Positions 9,430 through 18,149 of a stretch of 32,000 nt of DNA are shown piece after piece. The notes under the pieces are model-generated. The model was not told the origin of the DNA. It saw nothing but the letters and a program-made list of their open reading frames with translations, and searched no databases. Numbering within the stretch: the stretch's first letter is position 1; every line of letters begins with the position of its first letter. Source of the DNA: Candidatus Anammoxibacter sp. Lineage in GTDB: Bacteria; Planctomycetota; Brocadiia; Brocadiales; Anammoxibacteraceae. The DNA is taken from NCBI GenBank assembly GCA_021777055.1, contig JAIQZO010000012.1, positions 39,013-71,012 of the forward strand, in the 5' to 3' direction. Position numbers and translations under genes: made by a program.

Positions 9430-10758
9430 CTATATTCTAAGATAGTGATCCCGCTCCCAATCTGTAACTGCAATTCTATAACTTTCCCATTCCGCTTCTT
9501 TAATAAACAGGTACTTTTCGTAGATGTGATTTCCAAGTGTCTCCCTGGATATAGGGTTTTTCTTATACTCTTCCAATGCTTGTCCCAATGAAGCTGGCAT
9601 ATTAGTTATACCAACTGTTCTTTTTTCATCACCTGACATATCGTATATGTTAAGATCCACAGAAGGAGGTGGAGTAAGTTCATTTCTTATTCCGTCAAGT
9701 CCTGCATTTAACATCATTGCAAACGCCAGATATGGGTTGCACGATGGATCAGGGCAGCGAACTTCTACTCTAGTACCAACACCCCTTGAAGATGGTATTC
9801 GAACAAGGGCACTGCGGTTGGAAGCTGACCATGAGATATAAACCGGTGCCTCATATCCCGGAACTAACCTCTTATATGAATTAACCAATGGGTTTGTTAC
9901 AGCAGAGAAACCTTTTGCGTTTTTTAATATTCCAGCAATGTAATTGTATGCTATCTTGCTAAGTTGCTCCTTATCGTCTTTATCATAAAAGGCATTACTT
10001 CCGTCCAGATTAAAAAGTGACTGGTTTGTGTGCATACCTGATCCGTTAGTCCCGAATACAGGTTTTGGCATAAAGGTCGCGTGCAATCCGCGTCGCAACG
10101 CCACGGTTTTCACAACCCATTTAAAAGTGATAGTATTGTCTGCACATCTAACCGCATCTGCGTATTTAAAGGATATTTCATGTTGTCCCTGTGCAACTTC
10201 ATGGTGAGACGTCTCCACTTCAAACCCCATTATTTCGAGTGTTTCTATTATCTCCCTGCGGCAGTCAATACCGTAGGAATCTTCATTATCAACACTAAAA
10301 TAACCGGATGCATCATCTGTATCAGTTGTAGGTAATCCATCTTTGTCCAATTTAAACAAGAAAAATTCCGCTTCAGTACCTACATTCATTGTGTATCCCA
10401 TATCATGTGCCGAAGTGAGCACCCTTTTCAGATTTACACGGGGACAGCCGGGGAATGGAGTTTCTTCTGACGAATAGACATCACAGATAATCCTTGCAGT
10501 TGAAATACCTTCTTTGTTTCGCCATGGCAATATAGAGAATGTATCAAAATCCGGTTTCAAATACATGTCAGACTCTTCGATACGTGCAAATCCGTCTATG
10601 GATGAACCGTCAAACATCATTTGTCCGTCCAAGGCCTTTTCAATTTGACTCTTAGGAATGCCAATATTTTTCATCATTCCATTAACATCGCAAAACTGCA
10701 AACGAAAGAAATGAACTCTTTCCTCTTTCAATATCCCCAATATCTCTTCCTTTGTCAT
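9430..10758 (-). CDS. glnA: Glutamine synthetase, type I
   Basis: 442 aa. Contains LRLQFCDVNG.., the ATP-site motif KPVFGTNGSGMHTNQSLF, and NPLVNSYKRLVPGYEAP. Shine-Dalgarno is AAAGGGGTG. Confidence 0.95.
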   Translation of the reverse strand: MTKEEILGILKEERVHFFRLQFCDVNGMMKNIGIPKSQIEKALDGQMMFDGSSIDGFARIEESDMYLKPDFDTFSILPWRNKEGISTARIICDVYSSEETPFPGCPRVNLKRVLTSAHDMGYTMNVGTEAEFFLFKLDKDGLPTTDTDDASGYFSVDNEDSYGIDCRREIIETLEIMGFEVETSHHEVAQGQHEISFKYADAVRCADNTITFKWVVKTVALRRGLHATFMPKPVFGTNGSGMHTNQSLFNLDGSNAFYDKDDKEQLSKIAYNYIAGILKNAKGFSAVTNPLVNSYKRLVPGYEAPVYISWSASNRSALVRIPSSRGVGTRVEVRCPDPSCNPYLAFAMMLNAGLDGIRNELTPPPSVDLNIYDMSGDEKRTVGITNMPASLGQALEEYKKNPISRETLGNHIYEKYLFIKEAEWESYRIAVTDWERDHYLRI

Positions 10759-11100
10759 ACTTTCACCCCTTTCTTTACCGCATAATCGTTAAGAATGGCG
10801 GAGAATCTCTTTGTAGATTATGAGATTTCTACTTTAACCAGTTAATAATCTATTTGTGAAAAAAAATAAAAGGTTAGGAAAACAGAACAGCAAGGTACCA
10901 ACCAATGTTCTTGGAAAAAAAGATTGAAACAAGCAGGCTTAAACCAGCTCATATTTTAGAGGAAACTCTTCAGGTCGGAGAAAAATCATCTGCAAAGATC
11001 AAATTCATCATTACAGAAATGTATAGAGAAATTCTATGATACAAAAGTATTTGCTAGCAATCACAGAGCATAGAACCTTTTATAGTCTCTATTAGTTAAG

Positions 11101-11132
11101 GGAAGGGAAAGTACAGAGATACTTTCCCTTCC
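11101..11132 (-). terminator. Strong hairpin 36 nt downstream of the last cluster gene (probable operon terminator)
   Basis: Perfect 13-bp stem GGAAGGGAAAGTA / TACTTTCCCTTCC with a 6-nt loop. The trailing sequence on the minus strand is only moderately U-rich. Confidence 0.5.
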
Positions 11133-11168
11133 ATAACATTATCATTAATTTTAGTTTTGAACTCTTAA

Positions 11169-12650
11169 TTAATAAACAGTTGCAACACCTGCTAAATCTT
11201 TATTTACCGTAACGGAGTTACTCTTATACCAGTCCTGATAATAGTCACCAGAATCGTAAAGCTCTTTAAGGTGATCTAATACCTGTTCAAACACTTGTTT
11301 CCAGTCACACCCAACCTTGTATGCAAACATAGCGTTTCGCGGATTATGGTTCCTCTTTATCGTATTTCTGAACCTTGTACGAAGCATATCGCCATCATAA
11401 ACCATCTTATAGACCAACTGCATACCTTCAATGAACTCCTCCAAAGTCATATCAACAAATCTATGACAAACATTTGCAGTATCATAATATTTCCAGTCCA
11501 TAGGGAAATTTTTCCTAAATATTCTCCCTTCCGAATCAACGCGTTTAAAGAGTGGTGTGGTTGGAAACGGAGTGTTAATACCATAAGTCAGGATGTCTAT
11601 ATTGTTATCCAGAACAAAATTTGCCATTCGTTCAAATGAATCTTTAGTATCACCGTCCGCACCAAAAACCATTGAACCCCAAACAACTAGTCCGGCCTGA
11701 TGAATCTTATCCACTGACTCATAATAGCTGTCAACGCCCATCTTAAGGTTAACCCTTTTGTTCATCTTTTTAAGAACGTCTTCATTTGTGGATTCTATAC
11801 CTATCAGCATACCAAAATTTCCACTCTTAGCCATATAATCCAAGGTGTCTGCATCCTGGGAGATATTTAATGCTGTAAACCCGAGCCAATCCTTGTTCAG
11901 CTTTCTTTCAACCATTCCCTTAAACAGGCGGTTAGCTCTCTCATTTGATCTTTTTCCGTGTCCATAGAAATTGTCTTCTGCAAGCATCAGTCCCTTGTAA
12001 TCTGTAGCTTCCATCTCATCAAGCACATCTTCTACCGGTCTTTCCCTGAACTTCCCCCCCTGAAAAGTAGGAACGCTGCAGAAATCACATTTATTGGGAC
12101 ATCCCTTAGTTGTGATGATAGATGAAAATTTATAATCATACTTTTTTCGCAATAAGTCCCTGTCCGGATACACGTTTTTTAACAAACTCAAGTCAGGTAA
12201 GCCACCTTCATATAATTTCTTCAGATTGCCCTCTTCAAAGTCCTTAATAACTGTAGGCCAAATAGCTTCAGCTTCACCTGTAACAACACAATCAACATAT
12301 TCCATAGCCTCTTCTGTTACAACCGATGCATGTAAACCTCCCATTATAGTCGTCATACCCTTCTTTTTACAGGCAGCGGCTATTTTGTATGCACGTGCGG
12401 ACTGAAATGTCAGTGCAGTTAAACAGACGAGATCAAAGCCATCGAAGATAACATCGGTCTCCTCTTCATTCATTGCAAGCTCAATGTTTTCATCAATAAT
12501 ATCAAATTCCCATTCCCCTGGTGTAAGGGACGCAAGGTAAGCTAACCCCAATGGCATTTGCACAATTACAGTAATACTCTCTTCCCCATGTCTCCCTGGC
12601 GGATGGGGGCTGATCAGCATCATTTTTTTCTTCATATAATGTACCTCCAT
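11169..12650 (-). CDS. B12-binding-domain radical SAM enzyme (class B)
   Basis: N-terminal cobalamin-domain-like region (DLVCLTALTFQSARAYKIA..TIMGGLHASV..VVTGEAEAIW), then ITTKGCPNKCDFCSVP (CxxxCxxC). The likely true start is the ATG at 12635 (MKKKMMLIS), because GGAGG sits 8 nt upstream of it. Confidence 0.85.
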   Translation of the reverse strand: MEVHYMKKKMMLISPHPPGRHGEESITVIVQMPLGLAYLASLTPGEWEFDIIDENIELAMNEEETDVIFDGFDLVCLTALTFQSARAYKIAAACKKKGMTTIMGGLHASVVTEEAMEYVDCVVTGEAEAIWPTVIKDFEEGNLKKLYEGGLPDLSLLKNVYPDRDLLRKKYDYKFSSIITTKGCPNKCDFCSVPTFQGGKFRERPVEDVLDEMEATDYKGLMLAEDNFYGHGKRSNERANRLFKGMVERKLNKDWLGFTALNISQDADTLDYMAKSGNFGMLIGIESTNEDVLKKMNKRVNLKMGVDSYYESVDKIHQAGLVVWGSMVFGADGDTKDSFERMANFVLDNNIDILTYGINTPFPTTPLFKRVDSEGRIFRKNFPMDWKYYDTANVCHRFVDMTLEEFIEGMQLVYKMVYDGDMLRTRFRNTIKRNHNPRNAMFAYKVGCDWKQVFEQVLDHLKELYDSGDYYQDWYKSNSVTVNKDLAGVATVY

Positions 12651-12822
12651 AAAAAACAGTTAACTGTTATTAATTAGAATTTTTAACAATTTATTACAAT
12701 GGGATTTGTTATATATAATAAATGTCCCCAATACGTCTAAAGATAAGAGTTACAACCATAGTAAAACACAGCAAACCATTTCCCCAAGAATAGGACTTTT
12801 CTAGTATATGGATTCCACTGGT

Positions 12823-14277
12823 CTAATTAGTAATGTTATCTTTTAAAATTATATTTGCCGCTTTCCAGCCAGAAGATACTACGGAACTTATCCCAGGACC
12901 AGGAGTTGTCCAATGTCCTGCAAGATAAAGCCCTTTTAGCGGAGTAATATGTGACAGCCTGTTGCTAGCTATTTGATCATTTGTAACCGCCCAACCGTAA
13001 GCAGCACCTTTAGAATTCAATGTGTATCGTTTCAATGTTTTCGGTGTTGCAGCTTCTATAACTTCAATTTGATTCCTCAATCCAGGCACAAATCGAGTAA
13101 GATAATCTATAGTAGACTCAGTATAATCATCCTTCAGCTCTTCCCAATTCACTGTTTCATCATAAGCTTTTTTTAATGAAACAAGTGTAAAGATTATCTG
13201 TTTGTTTTCAGGGGCAAGTGATTTATCTACTGCTGTTGGTACTGAAATGTATTTCCAATTATCATGAGTATAAGGTCCATCAGTCTGGTAATAAAAACCC
13301 CTCTTTAAACCACTAAGATTTAAGTCCGCACTTACACCTAGATATAAAAGGTAAAATGATATACTCTCCTTCATTTTGCCAATTTTTTCAATGAAACTAT
13401 TATCAATACCGGAGCTAATTAACGTTGTAAAAGTCTGTTTTGCGTCAACATTAGAGACTATAACATCTGCTTTTATCTCTTTTTCTCCAGCCAAAGCGAC
13501 CCCTATTACCTTACTATCATCCGTTAAAATCTTTTCAACCTTTGCAGATAAGACTAGATGACCTCCCAGCTCAGTATACCGCTCCACGATAGCATTCGTA
13601 AATTCCTGTGTACCTCCGACCGGAAAATAAGCCCCGTCTTTTAGATAATTAATCAGCATCTGGCACATGCCAATAGTTGATACTTCACCCGGTAGCGAAC
13701 CTATATAACCCCATTGCCCGGCAAGGATAGTCTTTAATTTTGGATTTGAGAAAAAGCAGTCAAGCGTTTCAAGATATGTGAGGTCCTTATATTTATTTAT
13801 TAACGGGCTATCCGCCTTATTATTAATTATGGACCGATAGAGTTTAGTAAGTTCCTTGAAAAAGCCATCAAGGCACTCTTTCTCATCAGGGAACATTAAC
13901 TGCAAATTTTCTTTATATTTGTCAATATCTGCCGGAATCTCCACACTAAAAGAAGGAAAGATTAAATTATCCATCGGATCTAAATGGTGGAAATCTATTT
14001 CAAGCCCAAGCTCATTAACACATCTACCAACAATACTCCATTTCCCACATCCACCAATATGGTGGACAGCAGAATCAAAAATAAAGCCTTTGCGTTTAAA
14101 AGAAGTACAATAACCTCCAGGAATATAATGCTGTTCCGCAATCAAAACCTTTTTACCTGATTTTGCAAGAAAGGTTCCACATATCAGCCCTGCAATACCA
14201 GCACCAACTATAATCACATCATATTTACCATTTAATTGTGATCTGCCAGAAAAGTTTTTTGCATCAAATTTAGCCAT
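12823..14277 (-). CDS. Phytoene desaturase (CrtI/CrtD)-family FAD-dependent oxidoreductase
   Basis: 484 aa. N-terminal dinucleotide fold YDVIIVGAGIAGLICGTFLAKSGKKVLIAEQ..PGG and a C-terminal family signature GLYLAGHWTTPGPGISSVVSSG. Confidence 0.8.
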   Translation of the reverse strand: MAKFDAKNFSGRSQLNGKYDVIIVGAGIAGLICGTFLAKSGKKVLIAEQHYIPGGYCTSFKRKGFIFDSAVHHIGGCGKWSIVGRCVNELGLEIDFHHLDPMDNLIFPSFSVEIPADIDKYKENLQLMFPDEKECLDGFFKELTKLYRSIINNKADSPLINKYKDLTYLETLDCFFSNPKLKTILAGQWGYIGSLPGEVSTIGMCQMLINYLKDGAYFPVGGTQEFTNAIVERYTELGGHLVLSAKVEKILTDDSKVIGVALAGEKEIKADVIVSNVDAKQTFTTLISSGIDNSFIEKIGKMKESISFYLLYLGVSADLNLSGLKRGFYYQTDGPYTHDNWKYISVPTAVDKSLAPENKQIIFTLVSLKKAYDETVNWEELKDDYTESTIDYLTRFVPGLRNQIEVIEAATPKTLKRYTLNSKGAAYGWAVTNDQIASNRLSHITPLKGLYLAGHWTTPGPGISSVVSSGWKAANIILKDNITN

Positions 14278-14310
14278 CTTACTGTTTACAAAATTGGGGT
14301 GTCAATTTGA

Positions 14311-15540
14311 TCATTTAGACAAGATCAACGATGAAACATTACCAGTATCTGAGAAAGAGTTAATCAAAACATTTTTTACATCAATCTTCCTACTGTTATT
14401 AGACACGTAATCAAGGTCACATCCATTATCTTGTTCTTCGTAATTAATAGTTGGAGGGATAATGTTATTATTCAAAGCCATAACACCTGAAACAATTTGC
14501 ATTGCGCCTGAAGCATCAAGGCACTCTCCAACCATGGATTTGATTGAACTTATAGGTACGTCTTTTGCAATATCACCAAAGACCTCTTTAATGACCATTG
14601 TCTCCCTTTCATCACCAGTTATACTTGAGTTTGCACATGCAGAAATATAAGATATGTCTTTTGCTGTCAATGATGCGGTCTTTAAAGCCAGCTCCACGGA
14701 CCTTTTACTGTTTTGCGCACATTCAACACTATTTTTACACTTATCAGGGTTAAACGCGGTCCCGTAACCTTTGATCTCCGCAAGGATATTTGCCCCTCTG
14801 CTTTTTGCAGACTCCATATCTTCCAATACCATAACTGCTGCACATTCTCCAAGAATAAAACCGTTACGCCTTTTATCAAAAGGTGCTGATATCTCTAAAC
14901 TTCCGTCTTTACTCCCAGAAAGCAAACCAGAAGCAGAAGCACCAAGATAGATACCATAAGTCAACCCAAAAACGCCACCGGCTAATACCGCCTTTATCCT
15001 TTCCATTTTCAGAAAGTCAGCCGCGTATACAACAGCATCTATACCACTGGTAACACCGGTGGAAACTGTTGTGTTCAATCCGGTTGCATTACAAAATATA
15101 GATGCCCGGCTAGCGGGAGCATTTAAAACCGTATTGGGAAATGCCATTGGGTTAACATAACTCGGTCCTTCTTTAAGCGCATCCAGATCAAATTCACTTA
15201 TACTGTCTATACTTCCATATGTTGACCCGATTACAATTCCTAAATCATCACCACTATACGTATCTTCTTTAATATTAGAGTCCACCATTGCAAGCTTGGT
15301 AGCAGATGATGTCAAAAGAGAGGTTCTGTCTATGTGACGTATACCTTTTTTACCAAGGTACTCTTTTGCATCAAAATCTGAAATCTCGCCAGCTAACTTA
15401 CTCTTAAACAAAGATACATCAAAAAGTGTCACGGGTTTTATACCGGAAACACCATTTATTAAGTTATTCCAAAATGATTCTTTATCCGAACCAATAGATG
15501 AAATTATACCAATACCAGTTATAACTATCTGTTTTTCCAT
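14311..15540 (-). CDS. Ketosynthase-like protein lacking the catalytic triad (CLF/KS-beta-like partner)
   Basis: 409 aa with a thiolase-fold KS pattern. The three catalytic positions read Val (VSTGVTSGID), Cys (YISACANSS) and Glu (SMVGECLDASG). The start lies 1 nt after the stop of the upstream KS. Confidence 0.85.
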   Translation of the reverse strand: MEKQIVITGIGIISSIGSDKESFWNNLINGVSGIKPVTLFDVSLFKSKLAGEISDFDAKEYLGKKGIRHIDRTSLLTSSATKLAMVDSNIKEDTYSGDDLGIVIGSTYGSIDSISEFDLDALKEGPSYVNPMAFPNTVLNAPASRASIFCNATGLNTTVSTGVTSGIDAVVYAADFLKMERIKAVLAGGVFGLTYGIYLGASASGLLSGSKDGSLEISAPFDKRRNGFILGECAAVMVLEDMESAKSRGANILAEIKGYGTAFNPDKCKNSVECAQNSKRSVELALKTASLTAKDISYISACANSSITGDERETMVIKEVFGDIAKDVPISSIKSMVGECLDASGAMQIVSGVMALNNNIIPPTINYEEQDNGCDLDYVSNNSRKIDVKNVLINSFSDTGNVSSLILSK

Positions 15541-15541
15541 T

Positions 15542-16771
15542 TTACCCTACAAATTTTTTCAACACTAAACAACTATTATTACCACCAAACGCATACGCAT
15601 TGTTCATGGCAATGTTTACTTTAGTTTCTCTCTTTTCATTCGGAACAACATCCAAATCACACTCAGGGTCTTTTTCAAAGAAATTAATTGTGGGAGGCAC
15701 AATATCATTCTTGACTACCAATGCACACGTTATAGTCTCTATAGCGCTGGCAGCTCCCATTGTATGCCCGATCATTGATTTAATAGAACTAATCATTATG
15801 TTTTTAGAATGATCTCCAAAAACTTTCTTTACCGAGACAGTTTCCGCTTTATCATTGGCTACGGTTCCTGTCCCATGTGCGCTAACATACTGAACATCAG
15901 AAGGTTTAATCTTTGAATTTTCCAGTGCTTTATTCATTGCAGAAATGACGCCTACACCATCAGGATGAGGTATGGTAATATGATATCCATCACAGCTCAA
16001 ACCATATCCTATAATCTCTGCATATATGGTGGCGTTCCTCTTTAATGCACTTTCAAGGGATTCCAAAACAACCACACCTGCCCCCTCACCAATCAGCATA
16101 CCTTTACGATTTTTTTCAAACGGCTGACAGATTTCCGGCGCAATAGCATTAAGCCTGCCAAATCCCACATAAGCTACCCTGGAAAACGGATCTGCCCCGC
16201 CAGCAAACATATAGTCCGCTCTCCCCAAAGATATTAAATCACAAGCATACCCGATAGCATAATTACCGGCCGCGCATGCAGTAGGTACCATTGTATTTGG
16301 ACCTTTAAATCCAAATTCAATTGCAATGTTTGAAGGCATACTATTACATGGATGTTTTAAGAAAAGATCAGGACTAACCGATCCGTCACCGTTATTAAAT
16401 CTGATATCATCTATTGCCTCCAAAACCTGTATTTCTCCTGCCGTAGTGCCTATTGAAACACCAACCTTCTCTAGATCAATTGAGCTTAAATCAAGGCCTG
16501 AATCATCAAGCGCCAGTTTGGCTGCCGCAACTGCAAATTCGGAACCTTTACCCATATCCCGACAAGTACCATTTGCGAAATAATCTTTTATCTGGAAATT
16601 ATTTACTTCACAACCCCTATGGACCTTAAACTGTGAAGTATCAAAGCCCTTTACAGTATCAACTCCAGATTTCCCCGAAGTTACAGCATCCCAAAAGACA
16701 TCTGTTCCGCAACCAATTGGAGATATCACCCCCATGCCGGTGATTACTACTCTCTTAGCCTTATATGCCAT
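15542..16771 (-). CDS. fabF: Beta-ketoacyl-ACP synthase II-type condensing enzyme (catalytically intact)
   Basis: 409 aa. Has the active-site Cys in [13 protein letters not shown], His in [16 protein letters not shown] and His in [14 protein letters not shown]. Confidence 0.9.
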   Translation of the reverse strand: MAYKAKRVVITGMGVISPIGCGTDVFWDAVTSGKSGVDTVKGFDTSQFKVHRGCEVNNFQIKDYFANGTCRDMGKGSEFAVAAAKLALDDSGLDLSSIDLEKVGVSIGTTAGEIQVLEAIDDIRFNNGDGSVSPDLFLKHPCNSMPSNIAIEFGFKGPNTMVPTACAAGNYAIGYACDLISLGRADYMFAGGADPFSRVAYVGFGRLNAIAPEICQPFEKNRKGMLIGEGAGVVVLESLESALKRNATIYAEIIGYGLSCDGYHITIPHPDGVGVISAMNKALENSKIKPSDVQYVSAHGTGTVANDKAETVSVKKVFGDHSKNIMISSIKSMIGHTMGAASAIETITCALVVKNDIVPPTINFFEKDPECDLDVVPNEKRETKVNIAMNNAYAFGGNNSCLVLKKFVG

Positions 16772-16788
16772 AAAACTTACATCGCCTT

Positions 16789-16817
16789 AATAAATAAACA
16801 AACCCCGATTAACGGGG
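16789..16817 (-). terminator. Short GC hairpin plus U-tract between fabZ and KS (attenuator/partial terminator candidate)
   Basis: The minus strand reads CCCCG-TTAAT-CGGGG followed by TTTGTTTATTTATT. Only 17 nt remain before the KS start codon. Confidence 0.4.
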
Positions 16818-16854
16818 CAAATTAACATCGTTTAAATTTTTAAATTTCAATAAG

Positions 16855-17301
16855 TTAACCTAAATCACTTTTTTCCGCAACACCAAAAGTCAAAGATGCT
16901 TTTGCCACTACTTTCCCGTCAACCTTAGCCACACCCTGGACAATCGCCCCCTTTGATACAATTTTATCAACATTAATCTCCAAAAACAGCTGATCACCTG
17001 GCACAACTGGCTTTGAAAAGCGTGCATTGGATACAGAGACCAGTAAGAACACCTTCCCATCACTATCCGTATCAGAAGAACCTTTTTTAAATAATACAAT
17101 AGATGCCTGAGCCAGTGCCTCAAGAATTAAAACCCCTGGCATTATGGCAAAATCAGGAAAATGACCAACAAAGTACGGCTCATTTGCTGAAACATTCTTT
17201 ATACAAACGACCCTTTTCTTTTCCTCGAATTCTACAATTTTATCTATTAAGATAAAAGGGTTTCTCTGAGGAAGCAGCTCTTTAAGCTCTTCAAAACTCA
17301 C
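16855..17301 (-). CDS. fabZ: 3-hydroxyacyl-ACP dehydratase
   Basis: 148 aa with a GTG start preceded by AGAGGTG. Hot-dog fold signature EPYFVGHFPDFAIMPGVLILEALAQ, with the catalytic His and Glu present. Confidence 0.9.
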   Translation of the reverse strand: MSFEELKELLPQRNPFILIDKIVEFEEKKRVVCIKNVSANEPYFVGHFPDFAIMPGVLILEALAQASIVLFKKGSSDTDSDGKVFLLVSVSNARFSKPVVPGDQLFLEINVDKIVSKGAIVQGVAKVDGKVVAKASLTFGVAEKSDLG

Positions 17302-17491
17302 AATGCACCTCTTTGTAAATCTTTATACACAACAAAACTGTTATGATATTTTCATTTTGATCGCAAATGACACTGATTATATTTTGATTACGCAGATTTT
17401 ATTCAATGCGTCCAGTATCTATTCATATAAATCTGAGTAATCAAGTATAAAAGAAACTCCCTATACATAAATATAATCTGCTCAGAGGACA

Positions 17492-17755
17492 TTAAGAACC
17501 CTGAGCTAATACCTCTTTCGTCATCTTTATGGTCTGCGCAAGAGAAGTTATATCTACCAATTTCTCTTCAGGAATTTGAATTTTGAATTTTTTTTCTATT
17601 AACGCTAAAATCTCCAAAGCAAGTAAAGAGTCTATTTCTAAATCTTTAAAGAAATCAGCTTCCTTTTTCTCCCAAATTTCGCTCTCTTCCATCTCGGTTA
17701 CCTCTGCAACAATTGCGGTAACATCTCTCTCTGTATCATCTGAATACAACTGCAA
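17492..17755 (-). CDS. Stand-alone acyl carrier protein
   Basis: 85-87 aa, acidic. Phosphopantetheine attachment motif DLEIDSLLALEIL. The listed TTG start abuts a G6 run, so the in-frame TTG at 17749 (7 nt after GGAAGGGGGG) is the more plausible start. Confidence 0.85.
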   Translation of the reverse strand: MQLYSDDTERDVTAIVAEVTEMEESEIWEKKEADFFKDLEIDSLLALEILALIEKKFKIQIPEEKLVDITSLAQTIKMTKEVLAQGS

Positions 17756-18149
17756 ACCCCCCTTCCAAGTATATATGTGTAAAACAAGAACTAAACATAT
17801 AAATTATTTAATATATACATTTATACTATAAAAAAACATACTATAAATTCTAAATCTATTACCTTAACTCTTTTTTGCCTATACTGAAATTATCTAAAAA
17901 ACAACAAAACGGACTAGCAATACTTTGACAGTTCGTATTAATTCCTTACAGTGAAACAAAAAAACGGCTTGACTACATAATCGCAAACATTTACAACTAT
18001 CAACCGTTTATTTCCACAGCAATAAATTCAATCGGATAATGATATCAGGGCATAAATCGATTGTCAATAATAATATCACTGGCATTATTGTATAGAAGCT
18101 GCAACATCTTAAAAAATGAATACCAAGAATATAAATTTGCAAACATTTC

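Noticed and set aside
10759-11100. Glutamine riboswitch, sigma54 (TGGCAC-N5-TTGC) or NtcA (GTA-N8-TAC) site upstream of glnA
   Set aside because: I found no convincing match on the minus strand. Only the Shine-Dalgarno AAAGGGGTG is clear.
17583-17831. 82-aa plus-strand ORF
   Set aside because: It is antisense to the ACP gene and extends into AT-rich intergenic DNA. It is Ser/Lys-rich shadow sequence.
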